This document shows positions 39,577 to 50,056 of a stretch of DNA of 64,000 bases, one piece after another. The position numbers and the translations under genes were made by a program. The notes under the pieces were generated by a model, which saw only the letters and a program-made list of their open reading frames with translations, had not been told where the DNA came from and searched no databases. The stretch is from contig DAISWL010000002.1 of the NCBI GenBank assembly GCA_036826375.1, forward strand, positions 37,157 to 101,156, read 5' to 3'. The DNA comes from Candidatus Saccharimonadota bacterium. GTDB lineage: Bacteria; Patescibacteriota; Saccharimonadia; Saccharimonadales; HK-STAS-PATE-42. Position 1 is the first letter of the stretch, and each line of letters opens with the position of its first letter.

Positions 39577-39874
39577 TACTATTCAACCAGGCTAATGCAT
39601 CTTCAGTGTTATTAAAAGCTGGAGAATAGTTTTTTTTGTTCTCAGTTTCGTTTAAGGCAGAGAGTAATTCTGTGGCTACGGCAGGATTCAACTCCTCCTC
39701 TGCTCTATCTGGGTTATCCTTAGGCTTAAAGACGATTTTGTTTTCAGCTAATATCTTTTCAAAGGCTTTAGTTGCAACCGTACTAACTGGTAAACCTAGG
39801 CTTTTAGCAAAGGCCTGGAGTTCATCTTTAAGATCTTTATCTATTTTAGTGTTTAAAACTGTTACGTTACTCAT
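39566..39874 (-). CDS. relB: type II antitoxin, RelB/DinJ family (ribbon-helix-helix)
   Basis: 102 aa; N-terminal NTKIDKDLKDELQAFAKSLGLPVSTVATKAFEKIL resembles DinJ/RelB. Immediately precedes and overlaps the toxin gene. Confidence 0.65.
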   Translation of the reverse strand: MSNVTVLNTKIDKDLKDELQAFAKSLGLPVSTVATKAFEKILAENKIVFKPKDNPDRAEEELNPAVATELLSALNETENKKNYSPAFNNTEDALAWLNSNED

Positions 39875-39944
39875 AATAACTATATTATATACAATGGTTA
39901 GATTATTTGCAATAAGTGAACTGTTAGAGTTGTAATAAAAACAT

Positions 39945-41711
39945 CTATATCAACCCATCCTTCTGCTGATTCCATAACTCAGCGAACTTACCGTTAAGCT
40001 TAAGTAATTCTTTTTTAGTGCCGACTTCTACAATTTTACCGCCATCAACAACTACAATTCTATCAACGTTATTAAGGGTTGAAAGTCGGTGGGCCACTGC
40101 AATTACAGTTTTATTGCTCCATAACTTTTCTAAAGATTCTTGGATTTTAGCCTCAGTTCTAGAATCTAGTGCAGAGGTGGCTTCATCTAAAATTAATATA
40201 TCTTTGTTCTGCAAAAAGGCGCGGGCGATGGCAATGCGTTGACGCTGTCCAAGGCTAAGCTTAATCCCACGTTCACCCACTAGAGTACTGTAGCCTTTCT
40301 TAAGCTTAATAATAAATTCGTGGGCATGAGCTTTTTTCGCGGCATCCTCAATCTCACTATTAGACACAAAACCATTAACCGCATAAGCAATATTATATTT
40401 TATAGTTTGCTGAAATAATGATGTATCTTGAGGCACGTAAGAATTTATTAAACTTAATTGATCTTTTTTGACTGGTTTACCATCTATTAGTACTTGCTCA
40501 GGGTCGTAATCATAAAAACCGAGCAACAACTTAACGAGTGTAGATTTCCCTCCGCCGCTTTTGCCAACAATACCAATTTTTTCATTCTTCTTGATTTCAA
40601 GATTTAGGTTTTCAAGAACTAGTTCTTCTGGCCTATCTGGATAAGCGAAGTTGAGATTGTTAAGCTTAAGAGAACTTTGCATTTTAGGTTGCCGGATGGC
40701 ATCATCTTTTTGAAAGTCACTGGCATGCTTGAAGATATTATCTTCTTTAGCCAAGTAATCATACCCATTTTGTAGCTTTGAAAAATTCTTTTTAGCGTTC
40801 GCCATTCTATCAACCAAACCCCAAATAAAATCTGTCAAAGTAATTAGAACTGTGATTGAAAGCACCACTTGGGTAGCATCTATTTGATTGGTTTTAAATA
40901 GCCAATAGCTACTAAATAAAATTGCCGGCCAAGTTATAAACCTAATAACTTTAGAAGCGCTGAACCAATAGCGCATATAAGCATACCATGCTCGCTTAAA
41001 CTTAACTTCAGATTTTAACCTCAACTTCTTATAGGCTTGAGATTCTTTATTTTCGGCTTTAAAAGATTTAATATTAACAAAGTTAGTAACGGCATCTATG
41101 ACGGCTGAGTTGAGATTGTTATCTTGGGTATAGCTAGAATCTATTTTTTCGTCAAGCTTAATGGATTTTAAATATAGTAAAATCATCAGCCAGATCACTG
41201 AAACAACATAAATTAGAGCTTGGATCCAACTAACTTTAAGTGATATTAAAATTACCGCCGGAGTTTGCATGGCGAAACCGATATATCCCCAATGAATACT
41301 GATCCAGATTTGGTTTATATTATCTCTAAATTCATTAATATACTGAGCTATCTTAGATGGTGAGTTAGCTATAAAGTGCGGATATTCTTTCGCTAGAATA
41401 TATTTAAATACGTCTTCTCCTGTAGTATAAAATAAGGGGAACGTATATTTTACCCAGTACATGTCAGCAAGATGCCATAAAATACCATGGGTTACGCCTA
41501 GTAAAAAGAACGCTACAAAATCTATAGCCAAGCCGTCGGTATTTCCACTGAATACACTAGCTGCAATTCTGGCGGGTATTAACGTCATAATAGTTACAGG
41601 CAACATTGCAGCAATTACAAGTATTATTTCTGGTACAAATACTTTTTTGTTGTTTTTAAATAGGTACCATAACGCTTGTTTAGATGCATTAAGTTTAAAT
41701 AGTTTTTTCAT
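39945..41711 (-). CDS. ABC transporter, fused permease/ATPase half-transporter (type I exporter)
   Basis: 588 aa; 6-TM N-terminal domain; Walker A GKSGGGKST; signature LSLGQRQR; Walker B ILILDEATSALD. Confidence 0.85.
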   Translation of the reverse strand: MKKLFKLNASKQALWYLFKNNKKVFVPEIILVIAAMLPVTIMTLIPARIAASVFSGNTDGLAIDFVAFFLLGVTHGILWHLADMYWVKYTFPLFYTTGEDVFKYILAKEYPHFIANSPSKIAQYINEFRDNINQIWISIHWGYIGFAMQTPAVILISLKVSWIQALIYVVSVIWLMILLYLKSIKLDEKIDSSYTQDNNLNSAVIDAVTNFVNIKSFKAENKESQAYKKLRLKSEVKFKRAWYAYMRYWFSASKVIRFITWPAILFSSYWLFKTNQIDATQVVLSITVLITLTDFIWGLVDRMANAKKNFSKLQNGYDYLAKEDNIFKHASDFQKDDAIRQPKMQSSLKLNNLNFAYPDRPEELVLENLNLEIKKNEKIGIVGKSGGGKSTLVKLLLGFYDYDPEQVLIDGKPVKKDQLSLINSYVPQDTSLFQQTIKYNIAYAVNGFVSNSEIEDAAKKAHAHEFIIKLKKGYSTLVGERGIKLSLGQRQRIAIARAFLQNKDILILDEATSALDSRTEAKIQESLEKLWSNKTVIAVAHRLSTLNNVDRIVVVDGGKIVEVGTKKELLKLNGKFAELWNQQKDGLI

Positions 41712-42868
41712 TATACATATCTCTTTCCATTAAGTTTAAATATCAAGAACATTGTAGCGGTTACGCCGAAGCAGGCCATCATTCCAAATTGAACTCCAAA
41801 GTTGCCAACGTAGTTGACTAGTAAACCTAGCGAGGCGCTGAATACGCGGTAAAGCATATCGAAAACACTTAAGGCTGTAGCTTGAATATCTTCAGCCACC
41901 TCTTCTTGAATGTAGGGTTTAACTGTAGCCTGGTTGATTCCCCGGGCAAAACTCGTCATCAAAAAAATTAAGATAGTAAACATACTAATATTTAAACTTA
42001 ATGTCACGTAGGCTAATCCCGCAAACAGAAATGGAGTAGTTTTTTTAAGCTTAGGATTTTTAATTATAAATTGGCCACCAAAAACCGCAGCTACAGAAAT
42101 GAGAGCGAACATTACTCCGTGCCAACCAATGGGAACCCCAGCCTTCAAAAAACTAGGGGTTAAAAGCCAAACTATCACCCAGGTACTAGTAAGCAAGGAT
42201 GCCCCCAAAAGCATCCTCCAAGCTAGTTTTTTATGACCGTGCAAACAATACTTAGTGATTGCGTAAGCATCTTTAATTGGGTGTATTTTAGTAACCCGTT
42301 TTTTGCCGATATTTTTGATGAATAGTGAAAAACTAGCTGCAATAATAAAGATTATCGCTTGAGCTAAAAATGGCCAGCGAATATTATGCGCCCCCATCAA
42401 ACCGCCCACAATGGCTCCCAAGCCCTGAGCTATAAAGGCATACTGAGATAGGCGAGCGTTGATTTTCTTGTAATCTTTACCCAAATTTTCAGCGTGTCCT
42501 TTAATAAGTGCTGAGTCTGCTCCGTTGGTTAAACTTAAGCCTAGGCCAAATAGAATTTCCGCAATTACTGCATGCCAAAAATTACCAGCAAAGAAATATA
42601 TTAAAACTGCTACGCCTAGGAATATATCACCACTAAAGTTACTAGCTTTACGGCTAAATTTATCAGCCATATAGCCAGTAGGAACTTGGGTTAATAACAT
42701 AGTAATTGCAAATACAAACTGAATGAGCCCGATTTGAAATTGGCTCAAACCAATATCGCTAAATAATAGATAGGCCACCGGCATAAAAATTATAAAGCTT
42801 GTTAGCGTAGCTTCAATTGTCAGGAGCCTTAAACTTAAGGCGCTTTCTTTTTTAGTTATCTTCTTCAT
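41711..42868 (-). CDS. MFS transporter
   Basis: 385 aa polytopic; loop motif GYMADKFSRK. Confidence 0.7.
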   Translation of the reverse strand: MKKITKKESALSLRLLTIEATLTSFIIFMPVAYLLFSDIGLSQFQIGLIQFVFAITMLLTQVPTGYMADKFSRKASNFSGDIFLGVAVLIYFFAGNFWHAVIAEILFGLGLSLTNGADSALIKGHAENLGKDYKKINARLSQYAFIAQGLGAIVGGLMGAHNIRWPFLAQAIIFIIAASFSLFIKNIGKKRVTKIHPIKDAYAITKYCLHGHKKLAWRMLLGASLLTSTWVIVWLLTPSFLKAGVPIGWHGVMFALISVAAVFGGQFIIKNPKLKKTTPFLFAGLAYVTLSLNISMFTILIFLMTSFARGINQATVKPYIQEEVAEDIQATALSVFDMLYRVFSASLGLLVNYVGNFGVQFGMMACFGVTATMFLIFKLNGKRYV

Positions 42869-42889
42869 AATTCATCTTCCTTTTAATTC

Positions 42890-44668
42890 TTATACAAACC
42901 CGCCACTCTGATGCTGCCACAAATTAGCGTAACTTCCCTTAAGCTTAATTAACTCGGTGTGAGATCCTTGTTCTTTAATTTTTCCATTTTCTATTACTAT
43001 AATTCTATCCATATGTTTAATTGTTGAAAGCCTGTGGGCTACCACAATAGCGGTTTTATTTTTCATTAATTCCCACAAAGCCTCTTGAATCTTCTTTTCG
43101 CTTTCACTATCTAGCGCGCTAGTGGCCTCATCTAAAATTAAGATGGGAGCGGGCTTTAGCATCGCTCTGGCAATTGCCACACGTTGGCGTTGACCTCCAC
43201 TAAGTTTGGTACCACGCTCACCAACCAGGGTGTTGTAGCCAGATTTAAGCGGAGTTATAAACTCGTGCGCCCTAGCTTTTTTAGCCACCTCTATTATTTC
43301 GGCTTCTGTGGCGCCTGGCTTACCGTAGGCAATATTTTCTTTTAGCGAACGGTGGAATAAAAGTGGTTCTTGTGGTACGTAAGTAATATTTTTTCTTAAA
43401 TCATTTTGGGTGATATTGGCTATATTTTGGCCGTCAATTAAAATCTCTCCGCCATCTACATCCATAAAACGTAGAATAAGCTTAGTAATTGTAGTTTTCC
43501 CTCCGCCGCTTGGGCCCACTAACCCAATTTTTTCTCCAGGCTTAATATCTAAATTAAAGTTGCTGAAAAGCTTTTTAGTGCCGGATGCAGCGTCTCCATA
43601 ACTAAACTTAAGTTTATTAAAGCTGATTCCGCCAGTAGATATATTAGATTTTTCAGGGTGGGGGGGATCTTTTATCTCGGGTTCTAGTTTTATTATTTCG
43701 TACATTGGGGCGATCTCATCTAGGCCATTTTCTACATTCCTAATTATGTTTCCCATTTTCTCTATTAAACTAGTGGTCTGAAGGCCGTAAGATATGACAA
43801 ATACAAAGATGGCAGAACTAACTCGACCACTCTTAACTGCTTGAAAAGATGCTACTGTGGCAAAAGATATAAAAATAGAATTTAGCAGAAACTGTAGGCC
43901 ACCAAACCATATGCCTTGATGCCAGCTTTCAAAAGCCAGTTTATATTTATGTGATACATCCTTCTGGTTAAGCTTAACTTCTATATTATTTGTTGATTCA
44001 GTTTTTACGGTAAAGATATTGGTTATAATATCAGCAACCCTACCGGTGTATTCCGAGCGAGCCATTCTGTATGCAGATCTTTTTCTTCTTCTTTTTGTTG
44101 ATAAAAATAAAGCGAAAATTACAAATATAAATAGATATGATCCTATTAACAACCCTAAGACCCTATCATACAGTATGGAAATTACCAAGATGGATACAAA
44201 CTGAAATAAGAACATTGGCAGCTGTTCAATTAGCATATTCCAAAGATTTTCCAATCCCCCATGAAGGGAAGTGTAGTTACTAGTAATGGATCCGCCAAAT
44301 CTATTTTGAAAGAAAGAATTAGAATGGCTAATTAATCTGCTTATCCAATATTCATTAAACTTAACCAATCTAACAGTAAAATACTTTGAACTTAAATCTA
44401 TGGCAGTAGTTGCTGTGATATTGGTTGCTATGCTCAGTACTATAAATACTACAATTAAATTCATGGCATAGTCGTAACTTTGATTATTAAAATTATCCAT
44501 AACCTTAACGATAATGTAGGGCTGCAAGGCCAGAAATATTGGTTTAGCGACCCCTAGAATAGTGAAAAACCAAACGTAAGGATTTTTGATATTGGCAAAT
44601 TTAGCAAAGTAAGGCCAGAAGCCCCTCATATCATACTTCTTTTTGGTTTGCTGTTTTATAGTACTCAT
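42890..44668 (-). CDS. ABC transporter, fused permease/ATPase half-transporter (type I exporter)
   Basis: 592 aa; Walker A GPSGGGKTT; signature LSGGQRQRVAIARA; Walker B ILILDEATSALD. Confidence 0.85.
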   Translation of the reverse strand: MSTIKQQTKKKYDMRGFWPYFAKFANIKNPYVWFFTILGVAKPIFLALQPYIIVKVMDNFNNQSYDYAMNLIVVFIVLSIATNITATTAIDLSSKYFTVRLVKFNEYWISRLISHSNSFFQNRFGGSITSNYTSLHGGLENLWNMLIEQLPMFLFQFVSILVISILYDRVLGLLIGSYLFIFVIFALFLSTKRRRKRSAYRMARSEYTGRVADIITNIFTVKTESTNNIEVKLNQKDVSHKYKLAFESWHQGIWFGGLQFLLNSIFISFATVASFQAVKSGRVSSAIFVFVISYGLQTTSLIEKMGNIIRNVENGLDEIAPMYEIIKLEPEIKDPPHPEKSNISTGGISFNKLKFSYGDAASGTKKLFSNFNLDIKPGEKIGLVGPSGGGKTTITKLILRFMDVDGGEILIDGQNIANITQNDLRKNITYVPQEPLLFHRSLKENIAYGKPGATEAEIIEVAKKARAHEFITPLKSGYNTLVGERGTKLSGGQRQRVAIARAMLKPAPILILDEATSALDSESEKKIQEALWELMKNKTAIVVAHRLSTIKHMDRIIVIENGKIKEQGSHTELIKLKGSYANLWQHQSGGFV

Positions 44669-44807
44669 AATTTATCTTTCAATTATAACTTAAGCTTAAG
44701 GGCTTTTTAGTTAAGTTAACAACAAAATAATCAGAAGTTCTGTTATGAAACCTCTGATTATCGATTGCTTAAGTTTAGTTATTTAAATTTTTATTAAATC
44801 TTAAAAT

Positions 44808-45134
44808 CTACATTTTTATTTCGGCATCACAGCCGGCAGGTAGGTTTAAGTTCATTAAACTATCAATAGTTTTTGGAGTTGGATTTAAAATATCGATGAT
44901 GCGTTTATGCACTCTCATTTCAAATTGTTCCATTCCTTTTTTGTAAACGTGCGGTGATTTTACTACAGTGTAAGTTGTTTTTCGGGTTGGTAGCGGGATT
45001 GGCCCGTTAACCTGTGCTCCCGAGCGAGTTGCGGTTTCTACAATCTGCTTTGCGCTTAAATCTATAACTTTGTGATCATAAGCCTTAAGCCTAATTCTGA
45101 TTTTTTGTACTGGTTGATTTTTATCGGTTGCCAT
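44808..45134 (-). CDS. rpsJ: 30S ribosomal protein S10
   Basis: 108 aa; [25 protein letters not shown]...GPIPLPT typical of S10. Confidence 0.9.
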   Translation of the reverse strand: MATDKNQPVQKIRIRLKAYDHKVIDLSAKQIVETATRSGAQVNGPIPLPTRKTTYTVVKSPHVYKKGMEQFEMRVHKRIIDILNPTPKTIDSLMNLNLPAGCDAEIKM

Positions 45135-45261
45135 TCTATCTTCTCCTATCTTTGATTAAGAAGAGCGGTGTAACATCTCTTAGGCTTAAGCCAAAGCGAC
45201 TTTTAGTCACCACATCTAAATTTATTAACTGATTAGATTTTAACAGATTACGCTATCAAAT

Positions 45262-45313
45262 GTCAAAAATAATCCCCGAGTGCATTTTATTAAACACAAT
45301 AACGGGGATTATT
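45262..45313 (-). terminator. candidate rho-independent terminator downstream of tuf (11-bp stem AATAATCCCCG/CGGGGATTATT, long loop, U-run)
   Basis: Seen directly; on the minus-strand transcript the hairpin is followed by UUUUUG. The 24-nt loop is long, so confidence is moderate. Confidence 0.4.
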
Positions 45314-45363
45314 CTTAAGCTAAGTTATTACTTATGTTGAATGTTTAGGAGTAGTATCCTGCT

Positions 45364-46545
45364 TTAGGCAACAATTTTAGTAACAACACCGGCGCCTACG
45401 GTTCTACCGCCTTCACGGATGGCAAAACGCAAGCCTTGATCCATAGCGATAGGTGCTAGCAACTTCACTTTGAAAGTGATAGTATCACCAGGCATAACCA
45501 TTTCTTTATCAGCTGGAAGTTCAACTTCACCGGTTACATCTGTAGTTCTGAAGTAGAACTGAGGTTTGTAGCCCTTGAAGAATGGAGTGTGACGTCCGCC
45601 TTCTTCTTTAGTTAAGATATACACTTCTGCATCAAATTCTGTATGAGGAGTAATTGTTCCTGGTTTTGCTAGAACTTGACCGCGTTCAATTTGCTCTCTT
45701 TCAATACCGCGGAGTAGGATTCCCGCGTTATCACCAGCTTGACCCTTATCAAGAGATTTCTTGAAAGCTTCAATTCCGGTAACAACTGATTTCTGAGTAG
45801 CTCTAACACCAACGATTTCAACTTCATCATTTAAGTTTAGTGTACCTTGTTCGATTCTACCGGTAGCAACCGTTCCACGACCTTTGATTGAAAAGACATC
45901 TTCAATAGGCATTAAGAAAGGCTTATCTAAATCGCGGGTTGGCTCTGGGATGTAATCATCCATAGCTTTAACAAGTTCCATGATTGCATCTTCGTTAGCT
46001 GCATCACCTTCAATAGCTTTAAGAGCTGAACCTTTAATAACGGGGGCTTCTCTATCGAATTCATATTTAGCAAGTAGATCACGAACATCTTCTTCAACTA
46101 GTTCAACTAGTTCAGGATCAGCCATGTCCATCTTGTTTAAGAATACTACTATTTTTGGTACGCCAACTTGCTTAGCAAGTAGAACGTGCTCACGAGTTTG
46201 AGGCATAGGGCCATCAGCAGCTGAAACTACAAGAATAGCTCCATCAACTTGAGCGGCACCGGTGATCATATTCTTAACATAATCAGCGTGTCCTGGCATA
46301 TCTACGTGTGCGTAGTGACGCTTTTCACTTTCATACTCTTGGTGGCTTGTTGCAATAGTAATACCACGAGCTTTTTCTTCTGGTGCATTATCAATCTGAT
46401 CATAGGCGATAGCCTTATTAACGTCTGACGGTAATCTTTTAGCAAGAACCATGGTGATGGCTGCTGTAAGAGTAGTTTTACCGTGGTCAACGTGACCCAT
46501 TGTACCTACATTAACGTGGGGTTTTGTTCGGTCAAAATTTGCCAT
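45364..46545 (-). CDS. tuf: translation elongation factor Tu
   Basis: 393 aa; [28 protein letters not shown]. Confidence 0.95.
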   Translation of the reverse strand: MANFDRTKPHVNVGTMGHVDHGKTTLTAAITMVLAKRLPSDVNKAIAYDQIDNAPEEKARGITIATSHQEYESEKRHYAHVDMPGHADYVKNMITGAAQVDGAILVVSAADGPMPQTREHVLLAKQVGVPKIVVFLNKMDMADPELVELVEEDVRDLLAKYEFDREAPVIKGSALKAIEGDAANEDAIMELVKAMDDYIPEPTRDLDKPFLMPIEDVFSIKGRGTVATGRIEQGTLNLNDEVEIVGVRATQKSVVTGIEAFKKSLDKGQAGDNAGILLRGIEREQIERGQVLAKPGTITPHTEFDAEVYILTKEEGGRHTPFFKGYKPQFYFRTTDVTGEVELPADKEMVMPGDTITFKVKLLAPIAMDQGLRFAIREGGRTVGAGVVTKIVA

Positions 46546-46713
46546 TTAAATTTTTCTCCTTTTCACTATCTTTTAAATAGTTAGTTTATTATTTTGACTT
46601 GTTAGCATAAGAACTTCGTACTAATCCATACCAAAATTAATAGTATTTAGCGAATACAGTTCACACACTATGCTAACATTAATTTTAAATGATTTTAAGG
46701 TTAGAGTAAAGTG

Positions 46714-48042
46714 TTATTTTTCTGTAGCCAAGCTAACTAATCTATCAATGGCTTTTTCGGTGGCAATACGCGATATTAATTCCCTCTTCATTCTAGGATC
46801 ATCAAGCTGTGCCAATGCCTCTTGATTACCAATATACTGCTGGCGCATTAAACTTAACCTACTATTAACATCTGAATCGGAAACTTTTATTTGCTCTTTT
46901 TTAGCAACTTCAGATATGATGATGCCGATTCTAACTCGTTTTTCAGCTTCTGGAATAACGTGATTTTTGATCCATTCATCCTTAGTAGTATCCTCTTGCT
47001 CGAGAGATTCTTCTAAAGTGACCCCGCGATACTTTAAGTTTTGCTCACTATCATAAATTATCATTTCTTGCTGATCTTTTACTAAGATTTCAGGCAGATC
47101 AAATTCAGTTTTAGCGATTATCTCTTCTACTATCTCATCTTGTAGATTTTTCTTAAGCTTAATATCTTTTTCAATTTGCATTTGAGATGCTATATCTTTT
47201 TTGAAATCATCAATAGTTTTTATATCCGGGCTAAACTGTTTGAAAAATTCTTCATTAAGCTCGGGCTTAACAGTTTCCTCAACTTTATTAACCTTAACTT
47301 TGAATTTTACTTTTTTGCCGGCTAAGCTTTTTTCGTGATAACTTTTCGGGAAAGTTAAGCTTAGTTCAGTTTCATCGCCAGCTTTAGAGCCAAGCAGACC
47401 CTCTTCGAAACCCGGGATGAATGTATTGCTACCTAAAGATAATGGGTAGTTATCTCCCTTGCCTCCTTTGAATGGTTTGCCCTTGGCATCGAAACCTTCA
47501 AAATCTATCCAAATTCTATCTCCGTTTTCAGATTTTCTCTCCACCGATTTATAACTTGCTGAACGCTGAAGTAAATTATCTATAACGTCTTTAATTTCCT
47601 CATCGGTAACCGGCTCGGGTTTTATGCTCTTCTTAATTTTAGTGTAGTCGTGGAGCTTAATCTCTGGCATGACATCTACACTAGCCTTAAACTTAAGCCC
47701 TGTTTTAAGATCAAAACTTTCAACTTCTATTTTAGGTTGATCTAGAACCTCTATTTTCTTTTCTTTAATAGCTTGCGAGTAGGCATCGGTAATAGCTTGA
47801 TTGAGAACCTCCTGGGCGAGGTTATCTTCGCCAATATTTTTCTTGGCTACTGATTCTGGCACATGGCCTTTTCTGAAGCCTTGAACTTTAAGATTTTTAC
47901 CCAAAGCCTTTATAGCTTTTGCTTCAATCGCTTTGATCTCATCGGGATCTAGACTTAAGCTTAAGGTCAGGTTTGTGGTTGAATTGTTTTTTAATGATAT
48001 TTCCATACTCTTGATTATAGCAGAAAATGGGCTCCCTGACAT
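46714..48042 (-). CDS. tig: trigger factor
   Basis: 442 aa; central FKBP-type PPIase block (DFEGFDAKGKPFKGGKGDNYPLSLGSNTFIPGFEEGLLGSKAGDE) and C-terminal arm domain. The start may instead be the internal Met at ~48003. Confidence 0.85.
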   Translation of the reverse strand: MSGSPFSAIIKSMEISLKNNSTTNLTLSLSLDPDEIKAIEAKAIKALGKNLKVQGFRKGHVPESVAKKNIGEDNLAQEVLNQAITDAYSQAIKEKKIEVLDQPKIEVESFDLKTGLKFKASVDVMPEIKLHDYTKIKKSIKPEPVTDEEIKDVIDNLLQRSASYKSVERKSENGDRIWIDFEGFDAKGKPFKGGKGDNYPLSLGSNTFIPGFEEGLLGSKAGDETELSLTFPKSYHEKSLAGKKVKFKVKVNKVEETVKPELNEEFFKQFSPDIKTIDDFKKDIASQMQIEKDIKLKKNLQDEIVEEIIAKTEFDLPEILVKDQQEMIIYDSEQNLKYRGVTLEESLEQEDTTKDEWIKNHVIPEAEKRVRIGIIISEVAKKEQIKVSDSDVNSRLSLMRQQYIGNQEALAQLDDPRMKRELISRIATEKAIDRLVSLATEK

Positions 48043-48387
48043 CGGCTACTATGAATCAACGTAGAGTAGACATTATAGCTTGCCCAGATTCAAAGTGATA
48101 AAGATTCGGATTATTGATAAACCCGTAAAGAAACTGCTGCCCATTCCGCAAACATAGATTCTGATTGGCTTGAACTTAAGTTTAATATGCTCAGCCAACT
48201 CCACGCCAACACTAAATTGGTTTTGAAAGTTTAAAATATCGTTTCTAAATTTTTGGTTGATCATGCAGCCTCTGTTTAAGCTTAAGTTTAATATTTTCTA
48301 GTATAGCAGATAAAACATAATAAAATGCTTGACAAATCCAGAAAGAGAGAGTATACTTGAAAAAGTAATTTTAAGGAACGGTATAGT

Positions 48388-48981
48388 ATGCATATTCGTA
48401 ATTATGAGCGTCCTGATGGTTGGAGAGTTGGGAGTCCTGAAGTTTTGGTTGCCCCAAATGTCGTGGATCGGTTAGGTGTGCCTATCGTAGATTACGACGG
48501 CTTGCATCAATTTATGACAGATGATTTAGGGGTCCCCTATGGGGATAGTACCACAATTAAACTATTTGGTAGAGTAGAAGACTCTGGTTTTCTTGGGTTT
48601 CACTTACTCTATACTCGCACTGTGCATATCAATGCGCCGGCTTCAGAAAAAAGATTTTGCACATCTGGAGGTGTGATGAGAGTATTAGCCCATGAAGGCA
48701 GGCATCGTTCAGACTCTACTAATAGAAAATTAGTTACAGCCGCAGAGATGGCCGGGGGGTTGGCTTCATACAAACTTGGTTATGATTTCGCAGAGGCTAT
48801 ACCACTTTTATCTCCAGTAGCTATTCTTGTAGGCTTGAAGTCGGGAGGAACATACTATAGGCATATAGCGCCAGAAGAAAAAAGAGCGCGCATACAGGAG
48901 ATGCACCCGTCCACTATGGAACATAGGAATGATATCACCTTTCCGCTCTCACCAAGAACTGGGTTAGATAATATTACATAA
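48388..48981 (+). CDS. hypothetical protein with HExxH motif (possible zincin-like metallopeptidase)
   Basis: 197-aa ORF with slightly elevated GC; LAHEGRHR contains HExxH. No further assignment possible by eye. Confidence 0.4.
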   Translation: MHIRNYERPDGWRVGSPEVLVAPNVVDRLGVPIVDYDGLHQFMTDDLGVPYGDSTTIKLFGRVEDSGFLGFHLLYTRTVHINAPASEKRFCTSGGVMRVLAHEGRHRSDSTNRKLVTAAEMAGGLASYKLGYDFAEAIPLLSPVAILVGLKSGGTYYRHIAPEEKRARIQEMHPSTMEHRNDITFPLSPRTGLDNIT

Positions 48982-48993
48982 TCTTTACAATAG

Positions 48994-49368
48994 TTAGGGA
49001 AGTTTCTTAAACCCTAAACTTAAGGAATTAATACAGTATCTTTGACCAGTTGTTTCTTTGGGGCCATCCGGGAAAACGTGGCCGAGGTGGCCTCCGCAGT
49101 TAGTGCAGATGACCTCTTCACGCACCATTCCGTAAGATTCATCTGTAACTATTTTGGTGGAATCTTTAATTGCCCTATCAAAACTGGGCCAGCCACAGTG
49201 GGAATTAAACTTAGTATCAGAACTAAAAATAGGATTTTTACAATTCGCGCAAACATAGATTCCATCTTCTTGGTAATCTAAATATTTGCCACTGAATGGA
49301 GCTTCTGTAGCTTTGTTAAACAGAACATCTTTTTGTTCTGGGGTAAGGTTTGGGTTTTCTTTTTTCAC
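48994..49368 (-). CDS. msrB: peptide-methionine (R)-S-oxide reductase MsrB
   Basis: 124 aa; two CxxC pairs (CANCKN, CTNCGGHLGHVF) and SelR-domain conservation. Confidence 0.9.
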   Translation of the reverse strand: MKKENPNLTPEQKDVLFNKATEAPFSGKYLDYQEDGIYVCANCKNPIFSSDTKFNSHCGWPSFDRAIKDSTKIVTDESYGMVREEVICTNCGGHLGHVFPDGPKETTGQRYCINSLSLGFKKLP

Positions 49369-49449
49369 AGCTAGCCTCCATTGGGGATTTAAACTTAATG
49401 CTATTATTATAACAGTAAGCTTAACCCTTAAAATGAAAGGACGCCGGTC

Positions 49450-49941
49450 ATGATCAAAAAAGCATATCTAGCAGGAGGCTGTTTCTGGGGGATGGAAGAG
49501 TTGTTTCGTAATCAACCCGGCGTAACTGAAACTGAAGCCGGCTACACTGGTGGCAAAAATGAGAATCCAACTTATCAGAATCACCCTGGGCATGCCGAAG
49601 CCTTAGAGATTAGTTATGACGATAGCAAAACTGATTTTTCGCATCTGCTGGATTTCTTCTTCCGGATTCACGACCCCACCAAGCTTAATCGTCAAGGAAA
49701 TGATGTAGGCGAAGCTTATCGCTCAACCATCTTTTATCAAAATGAAGCTGAACTTAATGAATCTAAAAAGATGATTGAGCTTGTTAATGATTCAGATTTA
49801 TGGGATTCACCAGCTGTGACAACGCTAGAACCGTTCACTAAATTTTGGCCAGCGGAAGGTTATCATCAAGATTATTTACAGAATAACCCAGGCGGCTACA
49901 CTTGCCATTTTGCGAGAAGAAGAGAGAGTTTTTTAAGCTAA
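49450..49941 (+). CDS. msrA: peptide-methionine (S)-S-oxide reductase MsrA
   Basis: 163 aa; active-site GCFWG near the N-terminus. Confidence 0.9.
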   Translation: MIKKAYLAGGCFWGMEELFRNQPGVTETEAGYTGGKNENPTYQNHPGHAEALEISYDDSKTDFSHLLDFFFRIHDPTKLNRQGNDVGEAYRSTIFYQNEAELNESKKMIELVNDSDLWDSPAVTTLEPFTKFWPAEGYHQDYLQNNPGGYTCHFARRRESFLS

Positions 49942-50056
49942 GAGCTAAATTAAATTCACATTTATTGCGTTCCCGGGTGCATCTTTTATGTTATACTAAA
50001 CTTAATATTAAGATGCTTAAGCTTAAGTTATAAAGAGAGCATGGCGATAAATAAAA

